A stretch of DNA of 64,000 nt from an uncultured Arcobacteraceae bacterium (GCA_964022095.1 CAXHZO010000012.1:1-64000); one strand, 5' to 3'; counted from the first letter of the stretch, positions 18,645 to 29,518 are shown. Notes: generated from the sequence alone by a model not told the origin. Numbers and translations are program-made.

Positions 18645-18950
18645 ATGAATTTATCTAAATCCTTCTACACAAAAGGCATCCAATGCCCCAAAGCACTTTG
18701 GCTTAAAAAATACAAGCCAAGTGTACTAACTCCACCTGATGAAAAAGCCCAAGCTATATTTGACACAGGAAATGTAGTAGGAAACTTAGCTTGCGAGCTT
18801 TTCCCTGATGGAAAAGAAGTACTATACACTACAAAGTATGATGAAATGATATCAACTACAAAAGAGTGGACAGATGTGGGTGTACCAAATATCTATGAAG
18901 CTACTTTTAGCTATAAGGGTATACTTATCATGGTAGATATTTTAAGATAA
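18645..18950 (+). pseudogene. N-terminal fragment of a DUF2779-type protein
   Basis: LSKSFYTKGIQCPKALWL...IYEATF...MVDIL; stops right after the Asp of the expected nuclease motif, so it looks truncated. Confidence 0.7.
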
Positions 18951-19107
18951 AAAGGATAGGTGTCTTTTTTCTATTTTTTCTATAAAAATTTTGATATTGC
19001 AAAGTGTAATACTTTTAAATAAAAATACTTTTTAATGTTATTATACTTTATCGTTTTGCCAATATTAGGAAAACGATGATGTATTTATTTCAAATTAGGG
19101 TTGTGAT

Positions 19108-19843
19108 ATGAATGAATTGATAATCGATGAAGATATAAAAATAAAATATATACCATAAGAGGTATGCAAGTTATTTTGGATAGAGACTTAGCAGAGTTGT
19201 ATCAAGTAAAAGCGATAAGGCTTAGGGAACAAGTAAAAAGAAATATTGAGCGTTTTCCAGAAGATTTCATGTTTCAACTTACAGAGAAGGAAGTAGAAAC
19301 CATGGTATCGCAAAATGCGATACCTTCAAAACAACACTTGGGTGGTAGTTTGCCTTATGCATTCACAGAACAAGGCGTTTCTATGTTAAGTGCAGTACTT
19401 AAAAGTGATATAGCAATAAAAATAAGTGTAGAAATAATAAGAACCTTTGTTAATATGAGAAAAGTTATCTCAACTAATAGTTTGATATATCAAAGATTGG
19501 ATACCCTAGAAAAGAAACAAATATCAAATGATGAAAAATTCGAGAAACTACTTAATGCTTTAGAAGATAAGTCTTTAAAACCAAAGCAAGGGATTTTTTA
19601 CGATGGACAAATGTTTGATGCTTATACTTTAAACAATTGAATCTCGACCTTAAAAAGTATAATTCTCAATATAAAAAAATACAAATAAAAAAGTTTGAAA
19701 ATTCTCATGATAGATTTTTGATATTAGATGATAATGAAATTTATCATATAGGAGCAAGTCTAAAAGACTTAGGCAAAAAATGGTTTGCTTTTTCTAAGAT
19801 GGATTTAAAAAGTTTTGATGTTTTAGAAAGATTGGAAAAGTAA
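19108..19843 (+). pseudogene. ORF6N-domain DNA-binding protein, frameshifted and internally deleted
   Basis: ATG 19108 frame joins IYTIRGMQVILDRDLAELY only if one A is added near 19140; the break at ~19630 jumps from FDAYT to the C-terminal HDRFLILD...HIGASLKDLG segment in another frame. Confidence 0.8.
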
Positions 19844-19902
19844 GAGAAGTTGAAAAAACTTTAAAAGCAAATTATAATATACTTCCATAAAAAAGGAATC
19901 CT

Positions 19903-20184
19903 ATGCCAAAAGCATCAGCACGACATATCTTAGTAAACAGTGAAAAATTAGCTAAAAAACTAAAAAAAGAGATTATCAAAGATGAAATCACTTTTGAAAA
20001 AGCTGCTAAAAAGTTCTCAAAATGTCCTTCGAAAAAAAGTGGTGGAAATCTAGGTACATTTTCAAAAGGTGAGATGGTAAAAGAGTTTGATACTGTTGTA
20101 TTCAAAGAGGATTTACATAGAGTTCATGGCCCAATCAAAACAGAGTTTGGTTTTCACTTGATTGAAATATTAGCTAGATATTAA
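19903..20184 (+). CDS. ppiC: Parvulin-type peptidyl-prolyl isomerase
   Basis: ASARHILV, CPS..SGGNLG.F..GEMV.EFD, TEFGFHLI. Confidence 0.95.
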   Translation: MPKASARHILVNSEKLAKKLKKEIIKDEITFEKAAKKFSKCPSKKSGGNLGTFSKGEMVKEFDTVVFKEDLHRVHGPIKTEFGFHLIEILARY

Positions 20185-20289
20185 ACAAATAAAGAAGTTA
20201 CCATAAAAAAACTATTTGCATATATTATAACTATACCGCCATTTATTATTTGGCTTCTTTTTTGTTTTGTTTTATCTATCATTGGTGCT

Positions 20290-20667
20290 TTGTTTTCCAA
20301 AAGAAAAATAGATATTGATTTACAAAGAGTAAAACAAAGAGAGACTATTTGTAGTGTACTTCACAAAAAAAACTTACTAACCACTAGTGAATATGAGTTT
20401 GAAACTGTCGATGTGGCTTCTTGGTATGATGAACTTACTTTTAGGGGCTACTTATTTGTTTTAGCTCCTGTGATTTTTTTATTAAAATATTTTTCTTTTG
20501 CTGATAGTTTTGTGTTGTATGTAGTTAAAAAATGGATCAAAATACACTACTATCAAAAAAAATATAATACCAAACCAAATACTTTTTTTAGCTTTTTAAT
20601 GAGTTTTTGTATTTTATTAGCTAATTTACTTGGTCAAGTTTTATATCGCTTAGATAAAACAAAATGA
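20290..20667 (+). CDS. Hypothetical membrane protein
   Basis: Hydrophobic segments; frame stays open upstream to an ATA at 20203, so the start is uncertain. Confidence 0.5.
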   Translation: MFSKRKIDIDLQRVKQRETICSVLHKKNLLTTSEYEFETVDVASWYDELTFRGYLFVLAPVIFLLKYFSFADSFVLYVVKKWIKIHYYQKKYNTKPNTFFSFLMSFCILLANLLGQVLYRLDKTK

Positions 20668-20670
20668 AAA

Positions 20671-21000
20671 CTATTCTATAGTCTCAATATTTACAAGTTC
20701 GATATGAGAATGATCTTTTTTTATTAGTTTTTTCGCTGTTGCATCTTCTTCTGCTAGTGTTAGTAAGTCTGCGTAATCATCTTTATTTACTTCTAGTTCA
20801 TATAACTCTTTTTTAGTCTCAATTAGAATTTTACTATTTGTCTCTTTTGTAAATAAATCTAAGTTTCTAATTCCTTTAGCAAACTCATTTTTTATCGCTC
20901 TTGCAACTTTTTCATTTGATAGAAGTTTATTTAGTGTTAGCTCTAAATTAAAATCTTTTTTTGATACTACTTTATACGTCACCATAATTTTACCATCCAT
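20671..21000 (-). CDS. Hypothetical protein
   Basis: 109-aa ORF with a strong AGGAG RBS. Confidence 0.75.
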   Translation of the reverse strand: MDGKIMVTYKVVSKKDFNLELTLNKLLSNEKVARAIKNEFAKGIRNLDLFTKETNSKILIETKKELYELEVNKDDYADLLTLAEEDATAKKLIKKDHSHIELVNIETIE

Positions 21001-21086
21001 TTATATTCTCCTTATTGATACTTTGAATCTATACTGAATATTAACAAAAAAAATTATGATGACTAAAAAGTATTACAATTTGTAAA

Positions 21087-21443
21087 TTAAATTGCAAATT
21101 CTAATAAAATTTCCTTATCAACAATTTTTGTTGCTTGACTAGAAGTAGCTTTTGGATCGATTTTTGGAGCATATCCTGCTTTGTGTGCTTCTTTCCATCT
21201 TTGTGCGCATAGGCACCATTTATCACCATCTTTTAAGCCTTCAAATCCAAATTCAGGAATTGGAGTTGTCAAATCATTCCCCATTGCTTTTGAATAACCT
21301 AAAAATTCATCTGTAACTATTGCACATACACTGTGACTTGCTACATCTTCTGTAGATGTTCTACATGTACCATCTCTATAAAACCCTGTAAGGGGTGAAG
21401 TTGAACATACTTGAAGTGGTTCACCAAATAAATTTGTTTGCAT
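21087..21443 (-). CDS. DUF2237 family protein
   Basis: PLTGFYRDG.C...H.VCA...GNDL.TP.PEF.F.GLK.GDKWCLCA.RW. Confidence 0.92.
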   Translation of the reverse strand: MQTNLFGEPLQVCSTSPLTGFYRDGTCRTSTEDVASHSVCAIVTDEFLGYSKAMGNDLTTPIPEFGFEGLKDGDKWCLCAQRWKEAHKAGYAPKIDPKATSSQATKIVDKEILLEFAI

Positions 21444-21606
21444 AATAAATCCTTAAATATATATTTTATTTTAATTTGAATTTTTAATTGTATCACGTAG
21501 AAATAAAATTTGTCATAATCAAAACTTATATGGGAGTTTATTCATCCTATTTTTAGCTTCTGTTGGATAATATATCTATATTAAAGATTAATTTAGTGGA
21601 TAAATA

Positions 21607-22641
21607 ATGACTGTAAAAATAGACCTTCCAAATAACAATTCATATGATATATTTATTGAAGAGTTAAAAGACTTATATTTCGATACAAAAGTTGTAGTTG
21701 TGACAAACCCAACTGTAGCTGGGTATCATTTAGATTACTTAGAATCAAAGCTTGATGCAAAAGAGTTTAGTGTGGTTACAATTCCTGATGGGGAAGAGTA
21801 CAAAAATATGCAAACAATCGATATGATTTTAGATCATTGTTTTGAAAAAAGACTTGATAGAAAATCTCTTTTAGTTGCATTTGGTGGAGGAGTGATTGGT
21901 GATATGACTGGCTTTGCTGCGTCAATTTACCAAAGAGGTATCAATTTTGTACAAATACCAACTACACTTCTTTCTCAAGTAGATGCAAGTGTTGGTGGAA
22001 AAACAGGTATAAATAATAAATACGGGAAAAATCTAATTGGAGCTTTTCATCAACCAAAAGCTGTTCATATTGATCCTTCTATGCTAAAAACTCTTCCTAA
22101 AAGAGAGTTTGGTGCTGGAGTTGCAGAGATAGTAAAGATGGCAGTTACTTTCAACAAAGACTTTTTTGAGTGGTTAGAACAAAATGATTTAAATGTTGAA
22201 GAAAATATCCAAATAGCAATCGCAAAATCAGTAGAAACAAAAGCATATGTAGTATCTCAAGACGAAAAAGAGCATGGAATTAGAGCTGCATTAAACTATG
22301 GTCATACATTTGGACATGTTGTTGAAAATGAAACAAACTACAACACATACTTACATGGAGAAGCAGTAGGTATTGGTATGATGATGGCAAATAAACTTGC
22401 AGTAAAACTTGGAATGATGAGTGAAGAGCAAGAAAAAAGAGTCAAACTATTATTAGAAAAATATGATATTCCAACATCTTATAAAATAAAAGATGTTGAA
22501 GATTTCTATGAGCACTTTTTCTTAGATAAAAAGTCTTTAGACAATAAGATTAAATTTATTTTACCAGTTGGAATTGGTGATTGTAAAATCACTGATGAAG
22601 TTTCAAAAAATGATGTTATCGAAATACTAAAAGGGTTCTAG
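21607..22641 (+). CDS. aroB: 3-dehydroquinate synthase
   Basis: GGGVIGD, PTTLLSQVDASVGGKTGIN, LNYGHTFGH, LHGEAV. Confidence 0.98.
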   Translation: MTVKIDLPNNNSYDIFIEELKDLYFDTKVVVVTNPTVAGYHLDYLESKLDAKEFSVVTIPDGEEYKNMQTIDMILDHCFEKRLDRKSLLVAFGGGVIGDMTGFAASIYQRGINFVQIPTTLLSQVDASVGGKTGINNKYGKNLIGAFHQPKAVHIDPSMLKTLPKREFGAGVAEIVKMAVTFNKDFFEWLEQNDLNVEENIQIAIAKSVETKAYVVSQDEKEHGIRAALNYGHTFGHVVENETNYNTYLHGEAVGIGMMMANKLAVKLGMMSEEQEKRVKLLLEKYDIPTSYKIKDVEDFYEHFFLDKKSLDNKIKFILPVGIGDCKITDEVSKNDVIEILKGF

Positions 22642-24378
22642 GTGATAAAGAGTTTTTTAACTTTAGTTTTTATTGTTAGTTTTAGTTTTGGTGCTTCTAG
22701 TATTGATATTATTGATAGCAAAGATAAAGCAGAAATAAAACAAATTGAGCAAAAAATCATTGAAGAAAAATATGCTGAAGCTCAAAAAGAGTTAGAAGAG
22801 AAAAAAGCTCAAGAAATTGCTGAGCAAAAAGTTAAAGACTTAAATATGCAAAATCTTGCACAAGTTGAGCTTTTAAAAAAGAACATTTCAAAAATTGAAA
22901 ATGATTTAAGAAACAACATTCTTTTAAAAAGATATTCAAACTATGTATCATATAGTAAAATCTCAGCTGAACTTGCTAACTTGCAAGACTCTTTAAAGAA
23001 AAAAAGAAATGTATCAGATGAGCATATTTATCAATTACACAATAAAATTAGAGTTAAAGAAAATGAGTTAGAATTAATCCAAGAGTATAGAGGTTCTCCT
23101 ATTGGAGGATTAATAAATCCACCAGAAATAGAAAAGTACCAGCATATATCTAATCCTTTTGGAATCATAAATGCTTTATCTCAAATAAAAAAACTTGAAA
23201 ACAACCAAAAACAATTTAAACAACTAGAAACAAGTTTAGAAGAGCTAACAACTCTTTTAGATGAAGAATTAATGTTTTATTTAGAGCTTTTCAATCTTGA
23301 CCAACAAGCAGCTTATAAAGAAAAAATCACTTTTTTAGATAAACAGAAAAAAGATTTCAATATGGTTTTAGAAATTGTTGCAACTACAGAAGAGGTTTAT
23401 TCTAGAAAAATAGAACAAGTTATTTTAGAGATCAAAAACCAAATTCAAGATCAAGGTCAAAAAATTCTTTTTATTTTAACTATTATTATAGTTTTATCAC
23501 TATTAGCATTTTTAGTTAAATTAACTCTAAAAAAATACTTCTCTCAAAATGAGAGTTATTACATGACAAACAAAATCATCAACTTTACAGTTGTATTTTT
23601 GATTGTTATGGTTTTACTGTTTTCATATATTGATAATGTTTCATACTTAGTTACTATCCTTGGGTTTGCATCTGCTGGTATTGCTATTGCATTAAAAGAT
23701 TGGTTTATGTCTATTTTTGGATGGATGGTTATTGTAACTTCTGGTTCTATTCAAGTTGGAGATAGAATCAAGGTTACAAGAAATGGTCTTGAAACTGTTG
23801 GTGATGTACTTGATATTTCACTATTTAAAATTACTATTAGAGAAGATATTACTTTAACTTCATATACAGTAAATAGAAGAACAGGAAGAATTTTCTTCAT
23901 CCCAAATAACTACATTTTTTCTGAAATGATTGCAAACTATACTCACTCAGGACTTAGAACAGTTTGGGATGGTATTGATATTACAATTACTTTTGATTCA
24001 AACCATAAAAAAGCTCAAAAAATTGCAAGAGATATTTTAAAGCATTATTCAAAAGGTTATACAGATATCACTAGAAAACAGCTTTCAAAAATGAGAAGTA
24101 AGTACCAGCTAAGAGCAACAGGTGTTGAGCCTAGAGTATTTACTTTTGTAGAGCCACATGGTATTGTTATTTCTTCATGGTATTTAACAAACTCTTATGC
24201 AGCACTTGTTTTAAGAAGTACAATGAGTCCAGAGATATTAGAGGCATTTATGAAAGAAGATGATATTCATATTGCATATCCTACTCAACAAATTAATATT
24301 AATGATACAGAAAATGGTTATGGACCTTCTAGAAAAAAAGTTATCAAAGATTTAGAAGATGAAATCATTCAAAGATAG
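22642..24378 (+). CDS. Mechanosensitive ion channel (MscS family) with large periplasmic N-terminus
   Basis: LGFASAGIAIALKD, IQVGDRI, FIPN; conserved position after aroB in Campylobacterota. Confidence 0.9.
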   Translation: MIKSFLTLVFIVSFSFGASSIDIIDSKDKAEIKQIEQKIIEEKYAEAQKELEEKKAQEIAEQKVKDLNMQNLAQVELLKKNISKIENDLRNNILLKRYSNYVSYSKISAELANLQDSLKKKRNVSDEHIYQLHNKIRVKENELELIQEYRGSPIGGLINPPEIEKYQHISNPFGIINALSQIKKLENNQKQFKQLETSLEELTTLLDEELMFYLELFNLDQQAAYKEKITFLDKQKKDFNMVLEIVATTEEVYSRKIEQVILEIKNQIQDQGQKILFILTIIIVLSLLAFLVKLTLKKYFSQNESYYMTNKIINFTVVFLIVMVLLFSYIDNVSYLVTILGFASAGIAIALKDWFMSIFGWMVIVTSGSIQVGDRIKVTRNGLETVGDVLDISLFKITIREDITLTSYTVNRRTGRIFFIPNNYIFSEMIANYTHSGLRTVWDGIDITITFDSNHKKAQKIARDILKHYSKGYTDITRKQLSKMRSKYQLRATGVEPRVFTFVEPHGIVISSWYLTNSYAALVLRSTMSPEILEAFMKEDDIHIAYPTQQININDTENGYGPSRKKVIKDLEDEIIQR

Positions 24379-24396
24379 ATTAAGGAATAAGTTTTA

Positions 24397-25665
24397 ATGA
24401 ATTTTTCAAATAATAAACCAAAGGTATATTTTAAAACATTTGGTTGTAGAACAAACGTTTTTGATACTCAAGTAATGATGAGTAATCTAAAAGATTTTGA
24501 AATAACACAAGATGAGAAAACAGCAGATGTAGTTGTAATAAACTCATGTACAGTTACAAATGGTGCAGATAGTACTGCTCGTGGATATATAAATGGACTT
24601 AAGAAGCTTCCAAAAGACCCAAGAGTTGTATTTACTGGATGTGGTGTTTGGACAAAGGGTGAGAGTCTATTTAAAGAAGAAAAAATAGATTCACTTTTTG
24701 GTCATAGCGAAAAAGAAAATATCAATGAATTACTAAAAAGTGAAGAGAGATTTTTCCAAGCTGGTGATTTAGAACATATTGATGAAACTATCGTTGAAGA
24801 GTTTGTTGGTAAAAGTAGGGCATTTATCAAAATCCAAGAAGGATGTGACTTTAGATGTTCATATTGTATTATTCCTTATGTAAGAGGTGATGCAAGAAGT
24901 TATAAAGAAGATAAAATTTTAGAGCAAGTTACAACACTAGCAGCTAATGGTTTTGGTGAATTTATTTTAACGGGAACAAATGTAGGAAGTTATGGTAAAA
25001 AACAACACACTTCTTTAGCAAAACTTCTTAAAAAAATGTCTCAAATAAAAGGTGTTAGACGTATACGAATGGGAAGTATTGAACCTATTCAAATTGATGA
25101 TGAGTTCAAAGAAATCATTAATGAACCATTTATGGCAAAACACCTTCATATCGCACTTCAACATACTTCTAAAGATATGTTGAAAATTATGAATAGAAGA
25201 AATAAAGTTTTATCTGACTTAGAATTATTTGAATTTTTAAGAGACAATGGATATGCCTTAGGGACAGATTTTATAGTTGGGCATCCAGGTGAAACTGATG
25301 AATTATGGAAAGAAGCTATGGAAAATCTTCATAAATTTCCATTAACTCATGTTCATGCCTTTACTTATTCAAAAAGAGATGGAACACCAAGTGCAACAAT
25401 GAAACCAGAAATTAGAGGTGATGTTGCTAAAATTAGATACAATGAACTAACGAAAATAATTGAACAGAAAAATATAGATTTTAGAAAAAATAATACTAAA
25501 ACACTAGAAGTTTTAATAGAACAAGAAAAAAATGGAAAATATATAGGATTAGATCAATTCTTTAATCAAATAGAAGTGGAATCACCAGTTGATATAACAG
25601 GAGATTGGATTTTTATTGATGATTACGAAGTAAAGAGTGATAAAAATGTTGCAAAATTCAAATAA
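24397..25665 (+). CDS. mtaB: tRNA (t6A37) methylthiotransferase MtaB
   Basis: TFGCRTN, INSCTVT, radical SAM CDFRCSYC, HAFTYS.R.GT. Confidence 0.93.
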   Translation: MNFSNNKPKVYFKTFGCRTNVFDTQVMMSNLKDFEITQDEKTADVVVINSCTVTNGADSTARGYINGLKKLPKDPRVVFTGCGVWTKGESLFKEEKIDSLFGHSEKENINELLKSEERFFQAGDLEHIDETIVEEFVGKSRAFIKIQEGCDFRCSYCIIPYVRGDARSYKEDKILEQVTTLAANGFGEFILTGTNVGSYGKKQHTSLAKLLKKMSQIKGVRRIRMGSIEPIQIDDEFKEIINEPFMAKHLHIALQHTSKDMLKIMNRRNKVLSDLELFEFLRDNGYALGTDFIVGHPGETDELWKEAMENLHKFPLTHVHAFTYSKRDGTPSATMKPEIRGDVAKIRYNELTKIIEQKNIDFRKNNTKTLEVLIEQEKNGKYIGLDQFFNQIEVESPVDITGDWIFIDDYEVKSDKNVAKFK

Positions 25666-27127
25666 CAAAAACGATAATAAGAACATAGACAAAAACTTTA
25701 AACTTATGGCTTTATCTGCCATAGTTTTATTGATTTTATTTTTATATACAATTTATAAAAGTAGTGTACATATACAAAGTAGTTCATACTATGTGGGTGT
25801 ACTGTTTTTATTTATTTTACTTTTTTTAGCATTGGTTTTAAAAGCTAATCAAGATAAAGTAAGAAAGTTTTTAAATAAAGGCAAGCCTACAAAGTCTGCT
25901 TTTAACGAAGAGCTTGTAAAAACACGAGCTTCTGTTTCAAATGAAGAGTTAAATACTTCTATCTCTTCTGTAACTTCAAACGTAACTTTTAAAGATATTG
26001 CAGGAATTGGTGAGATAAAAGAAGAACTAGAAGAAGTAGTTGAATTTTTAAATGAACCTAGTAAATATTTAAAATATGGTGTAAAATTACCAAAAGGTGT
26101 ACTTCTTGTAGGACCTCCAGGTGTTGGTAAAACACTTATAGCAAGAGCAGTAGCAGGTGAGGCTGATGTTCCGTTTTTCTATCAAAGTGGTGCTAGTTTT
26201 GTACAAATCTATGTTGGAATGGGTGCAAAAAAAGTACGTGAACTTTTTGCAAAAGCAAAACAAAGTGCCCCTGCAATAGTATTTATTGATGAAATCGATG
26301 CAGTTGGAAAAGCAAGAAGTGGTAAGTCAAATGATGAAAGAGAAGCTACTTTAAATGAACTATTAACTCAAATGGATGGATTTGATGGCGATAGTGGTGT
26401 TATTGTAATTGCGGCAACTAATAAGATTGAAGTACTTGATGATGCACTTTTAAGAGCAGGTAGATTTGATAGAAGATTACATGTTGGATTACCTAATGTT
26501 GAAGATAGAAAGAAGATTTTAGAACTATATTTACAAAATAAAAACCATGAATTAGATTTACATAAATTAGTAAATGACACAGCTGGATTTAGTTCAGCTG
26601 CACTTGCTACACTTATAAATGAATCAATGTTAAATATGATTAAAAGAGATTCAAAAATCTTAGATATGGATGATATAGAAGTAGCTAAAAATAAACTTGA
26701 ATTTGGTAAAAAACAAGTAAAAATTTTAGATGAAAAACAAAAAGAGATTTTATCTATTTATCAAGCAAGTAAAGCATATATTTCTAAAACAAAGGTAGCC
26801 TTATTTGATGAAAGTGTTGCTAAAAATAATTCAACTTATCCCTCTTATCAAGAGTTATGTGAAAATATAAAAAGAGATTTAGCAGGAATCATTGGTGTAG
26901 AAGTTCTTAAAAAAGAGAAATACGCAATAAATGAAAAAGATTTACAAAATGCAAAAAAAACCGCAACTGATATAGTTCAAACTTATGATATGGCAAATAG
27001 TATTGAAGATTTATTAGATGGTATAAAAAATGAACTTAGAGCTGAACTGTCTCAAAATAGTGCAGAAGTTAATAGATTAAAAAATATTATGATTCAAAAT
27101 GAGGTGATAACCCTTGAAGATATCTAA
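25637..27127 (+). CDS. Membrane-bound FtsH-like AAA ATPase lacking the HExxH protease motif
   Basis: Two TM helices, GPPGVGKT, FIDEIDAVG, LRAGRFDR; YQASK where FtsH has HEAGH. Confidence 0.88.
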   Translation: MIKMLQNSNNKNDNKNIDKNFKLMALSAIVLLILFLYTIYKSSVHIQSSSYYVGVLFLFILLFLALVLKANQDKVRKFLNKGKPTKSAFNEELVKTRASVSNEELNTSISSVTSNVTFKDIAGIGEIKEELEEVVEFLNEPSKYLKYGVKLPKGVLLVGPPGVGKTLIARAVAGEADVPFFYQSGASFVQIYVGMGAKKVRELFAKAKQSAPAIVFIDEIDAVGKARSGKSNDEREATLNELLTQMDGFDGDSGVIVIAATNKIEVLDDALLRAGRFDRRLHVGLPNVEDRKKILELYLQNKNHELDLHKLVNDTAGFSSAALATLINESMLNMIKRDSKILDMDDIEVAKNKLEFGKKQVKILDEKQKEILSIYQASKAYISKTKVALFDESVAKNNSTYPSYQELCENIKRDLAGIIGVEVLKKEKYAINEKDLQNAKKTATDIVQTYDMANSIEDLLDGIKNELRAELSQNSAEVNRLKNIMIQNEVITLEDI

Positions 27128-27632
27128 AAGATATTTTAGTGGATTTTGCTTCAAAAACGAGAGTGAACTTTTTGAAGAGTATAGTATTCAAAATGATTTT
27201 ACAATAAGTGGTTTTTCTTATGGTGCTATAAAAGCATTTGAAGAGGTTTTAAACTCAAATCAAAGAGTTGATAAACTTCAACTTTTCTCACCAGCTTTTT
27301 TTCAAACTCAAGATAAAAAATATAAAAGAATGCAACTAATGTTTTTTAAGAAAGATTCAAATGTTTATTGTGAAAATTTTTTAAAAAATGTTGTAACTCC
27401 TTCAAATAAAGATATTTCAAAATATTTTAATATAGGCACTTATGAAGAGCTTGATGAGTTACTAAACTATGAGTGGAGTGAAGAAAAACTTCAAAATTTA
27501 GTTGATAGAGGTACAAAAATAGAAGTCTATTTAGGAAGTGATGATAAGATTATTGATTCACTAAAAGCTAAAGAGTTTTTTGTTAAGTTTTCAACTGTAT
27601 ATTTTATAAAAGAAAAAGGACATATTTTATGA
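27114..27632 (+). CDS. bioV: Pimeloyl-ACP methyl ester esterase BioV-like
   Basis: FSGFCF.NE..LF, GFSYG nucleophile elbow, DKIID, C-terminal GHIL. Confidence 0.8.
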   Translation: MKISKRYFSGFCFKNESELFEEYSIQNDFTISGFSYGAIKAFEEVLNSNQRVDKLQLFSPAFFQTQDKKYKRMQLMFFKKDSNVYCENFLKNVVTPSNKDISKYFNIGTYEELDELLNYEWSEEKLQNLVDRGTKIEVYLGSDDKIIDSLKAKEFFVKFSTVYFIKEKGHIL

Positions 27633-28168
27633 GCGAACAAATTGCAAGAATTGGAATAATCACTGCAAGTGATAGAGCAAGTGCTGGAGTTTATGAAGAT
27701 TTATCTGGTAAAGCTATTATTGATACTATGAACGACTATTTAACATCATCTTGGGAACCAGTTTATAGATGTATTGAAGATGATCAAACTACTATTGAAA
27801 ATACTATGAAAGAGTTAGTTGATAATGAAAATTGTTGTTTAGTTGTAACTACTGGTGGAACAGGTCCTTCTAAAAGAGATGTAACACCAGAAGCAACTGA
27901 AGCTGTATGTGATAGAATGATGCCAGGTTTTGGTGAGCTAATGAGAGCAGAATCACTTAAGTTTGTTCCAACTGCAATTTTATCAAGGCAAACAGCAGGT
28001 TTAAGAGGAAGTTCACTAATAGTAAATCTTCCAGGAAAACCAAAATCAATAAGAGAGTGTTTAGATGCAGTTTTCCCTGCGATTCCATATTGTATTGATT
28101 TAATGGAAGGACCATTTTTAGTTTGTGATGAAGAGGTTATAAAACCTTTTAGACCTAAGAAAAAGTAA
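27629..28168 (+). CDS. mog: Molybdopterin adenylyltransferase
   Basis: SDRAS.GVYED.SG, TTGGTG...RDVTPEAT, NLPGKPKSI. Confidence 0.97.
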   Translation: MSEQIARIGIITASDRASAGVYEDLSGKAIIDTMNDYLTSSWEPVYRCIEDDQTTIENTMKELVDNENCCLVVTTGGTGPSKRDVTPEATEAVCDRMMPGFGELMRAESLKFVPTAILSRQTAGLRGSSLIVNLPGKPKSIRECLDAVFPAIPYCIDLMEGPFLVCDEEVIKPFRPKKK

Positions 28169-28179
28169 ACTAATTAGAT

Positions 28180-29514
28180 ATGCTAAAATATATCTTACCT
28201 TTAGTTTTATCATTAGCAACATATTTCCTAGCTGGTTTAGCTTTTGAACCAATTCATGCAACACTTTTATCTATAATAGTGTTGCTTGTTGTTTTATGGA
28301 CAAATGAAGCTTTACCAATAGGAGTTGTATCTTTACTTCCTATTTTACTTTTCCCATCTTTTGATATTTTAAGTACTAATGCAACAACTGCAAATTATTC
28401 TAAATCTATAATATTTTTATTTTTAGGTGGATTTATGATTGCAATTGCAACAGAAAAAACAAATTTACATAAATTTATATCAAATAAGCTATTAACACTA
28501 TTTCCTAGTACTACGGTTGGAGTTTTATATTCTCTTTCCATTACTTCAGCATTTTTAAGTTCACTAATTTCAAATACTACAACAGCACTATTGTTAATCC
28601 CTATTGCAATGTTTTTAACAAATGATTTGAAGTTAAAACTTAGACTTGTTTTAGCTATTGCTTATGGTGCAAGTATTGGAGGTATTGTTACTCCAATAGG
28701 AACTCCACCAAATTTGATTTTAATGGGCTTTATGGAACAACACTCAATGCAAACAGTTTCATTTATAAATTGGATGATTTTAACACTTCCTTTAGCTGTG
28801 ATTATGTTATGTATTATTCCTTTTATTTTATCACTTGGTGCAAAAGATTTAAAATTTGATGTTGATTTAGATGAGAAAAAAAGTTTAAGTAGTGAACAAA
28901 AAAGATTACTATATATTTTAGGTTCATTAGTTGTGTTTTTACTAGCTAATTCTAAAATAGAACCTTATTACTCAGGGCTTGGAATAAATGAAAAAGGAAT
29001 ACTTCTTGGGTATGGATTACTAATGTTAGTTCCAAAAATTGGTTTTTTAACATGGGAAGATACAAAGAAGATTCCATATGAGATTATATTTTTATTTGGT
29101 GCAGGTTTTTCTATTGCTACAGCTTTTTCTCAAACAGGGCTTGCAAAAGAAATAGCAAATTATTTACTGGTTTTAACAGATTTATCTCCGATATTATTGA
29201 TTCTTCTTGTTGCCTCTTTAATTACTTTTACTACTGAGATTACTTCAAATACTGCATTAATCTCAATTGCTTTACCAATAATTTATTCACTTTCTCAAGT
29301 TTCAAATATTGATCCTATGTTAATACTTCTTGTAGCAACTATTTGTGCTTCTTATGCCTTTATGCTTCCAATAGCAACTCCACCAAATGCAATAGCTATG
29401 AGTAGTGGTGCTGTAAAAGTTAAAGAAATGGCAAAGTTTGGTTTTGTATTCAATATATTAGGGATTTTATCAGTAACTGCAATTGCACTTATTTATTGGC
29501 AGAATTATTTATAA
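28180..29514 (+). CDS. SLC13/DASS sodium:anion symporter
   Basis: SNTTT, TPIGTPPN, TSNTA and FMLPIATPPNA motifs. Confidence 0.93.
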   Translation: MLKYILPLVLSLATYFLAGLAFEPIHATLLSIIVLLVVLWTNEALPIGVVSLLPILLFPSFDILSTNATTANYSKSIIFLFLGGFMIAIATEKTNLHKFISNKLLTLFPSTTVGVLYSLSITSAFLSSLISNTTTALLLIPIAMFLTNDLKLKLRLVLAIAYGASIGGIVTPIGTPPNLILMGFMEQHSMQTVSFINWMILTLPLAVIMLCIIPFILSLGAKDLKFDVDLDEKKSLSSEQKRLLYILGSLVVFLLANSKIEPYYSGLGINEKGILLGYGLLMLVPKIGFLTWEDTKKIPYEIIFLFGAGFSIATAFSQTGLAKEIANYLLVLTDLSPILLILLVASLITFTTEITSNTALISIALPIIYSLSQVSNIDPMLILLVATICASYAFMLPIATPPNAIAMSSGAVKVKEMAKFGFVFNILGILSVTAIALIYWQNYL

Positions 29515-29518
29515 AAGT

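Noticed and set aside
25637-27127. FtsH lacking HExxH as a novelty or pseudogene
   Set aside because: The ORF is intact and in the usual Campylobacterota mtaB-mog context, consistent with the lineage's second FtsH-like ATPase.
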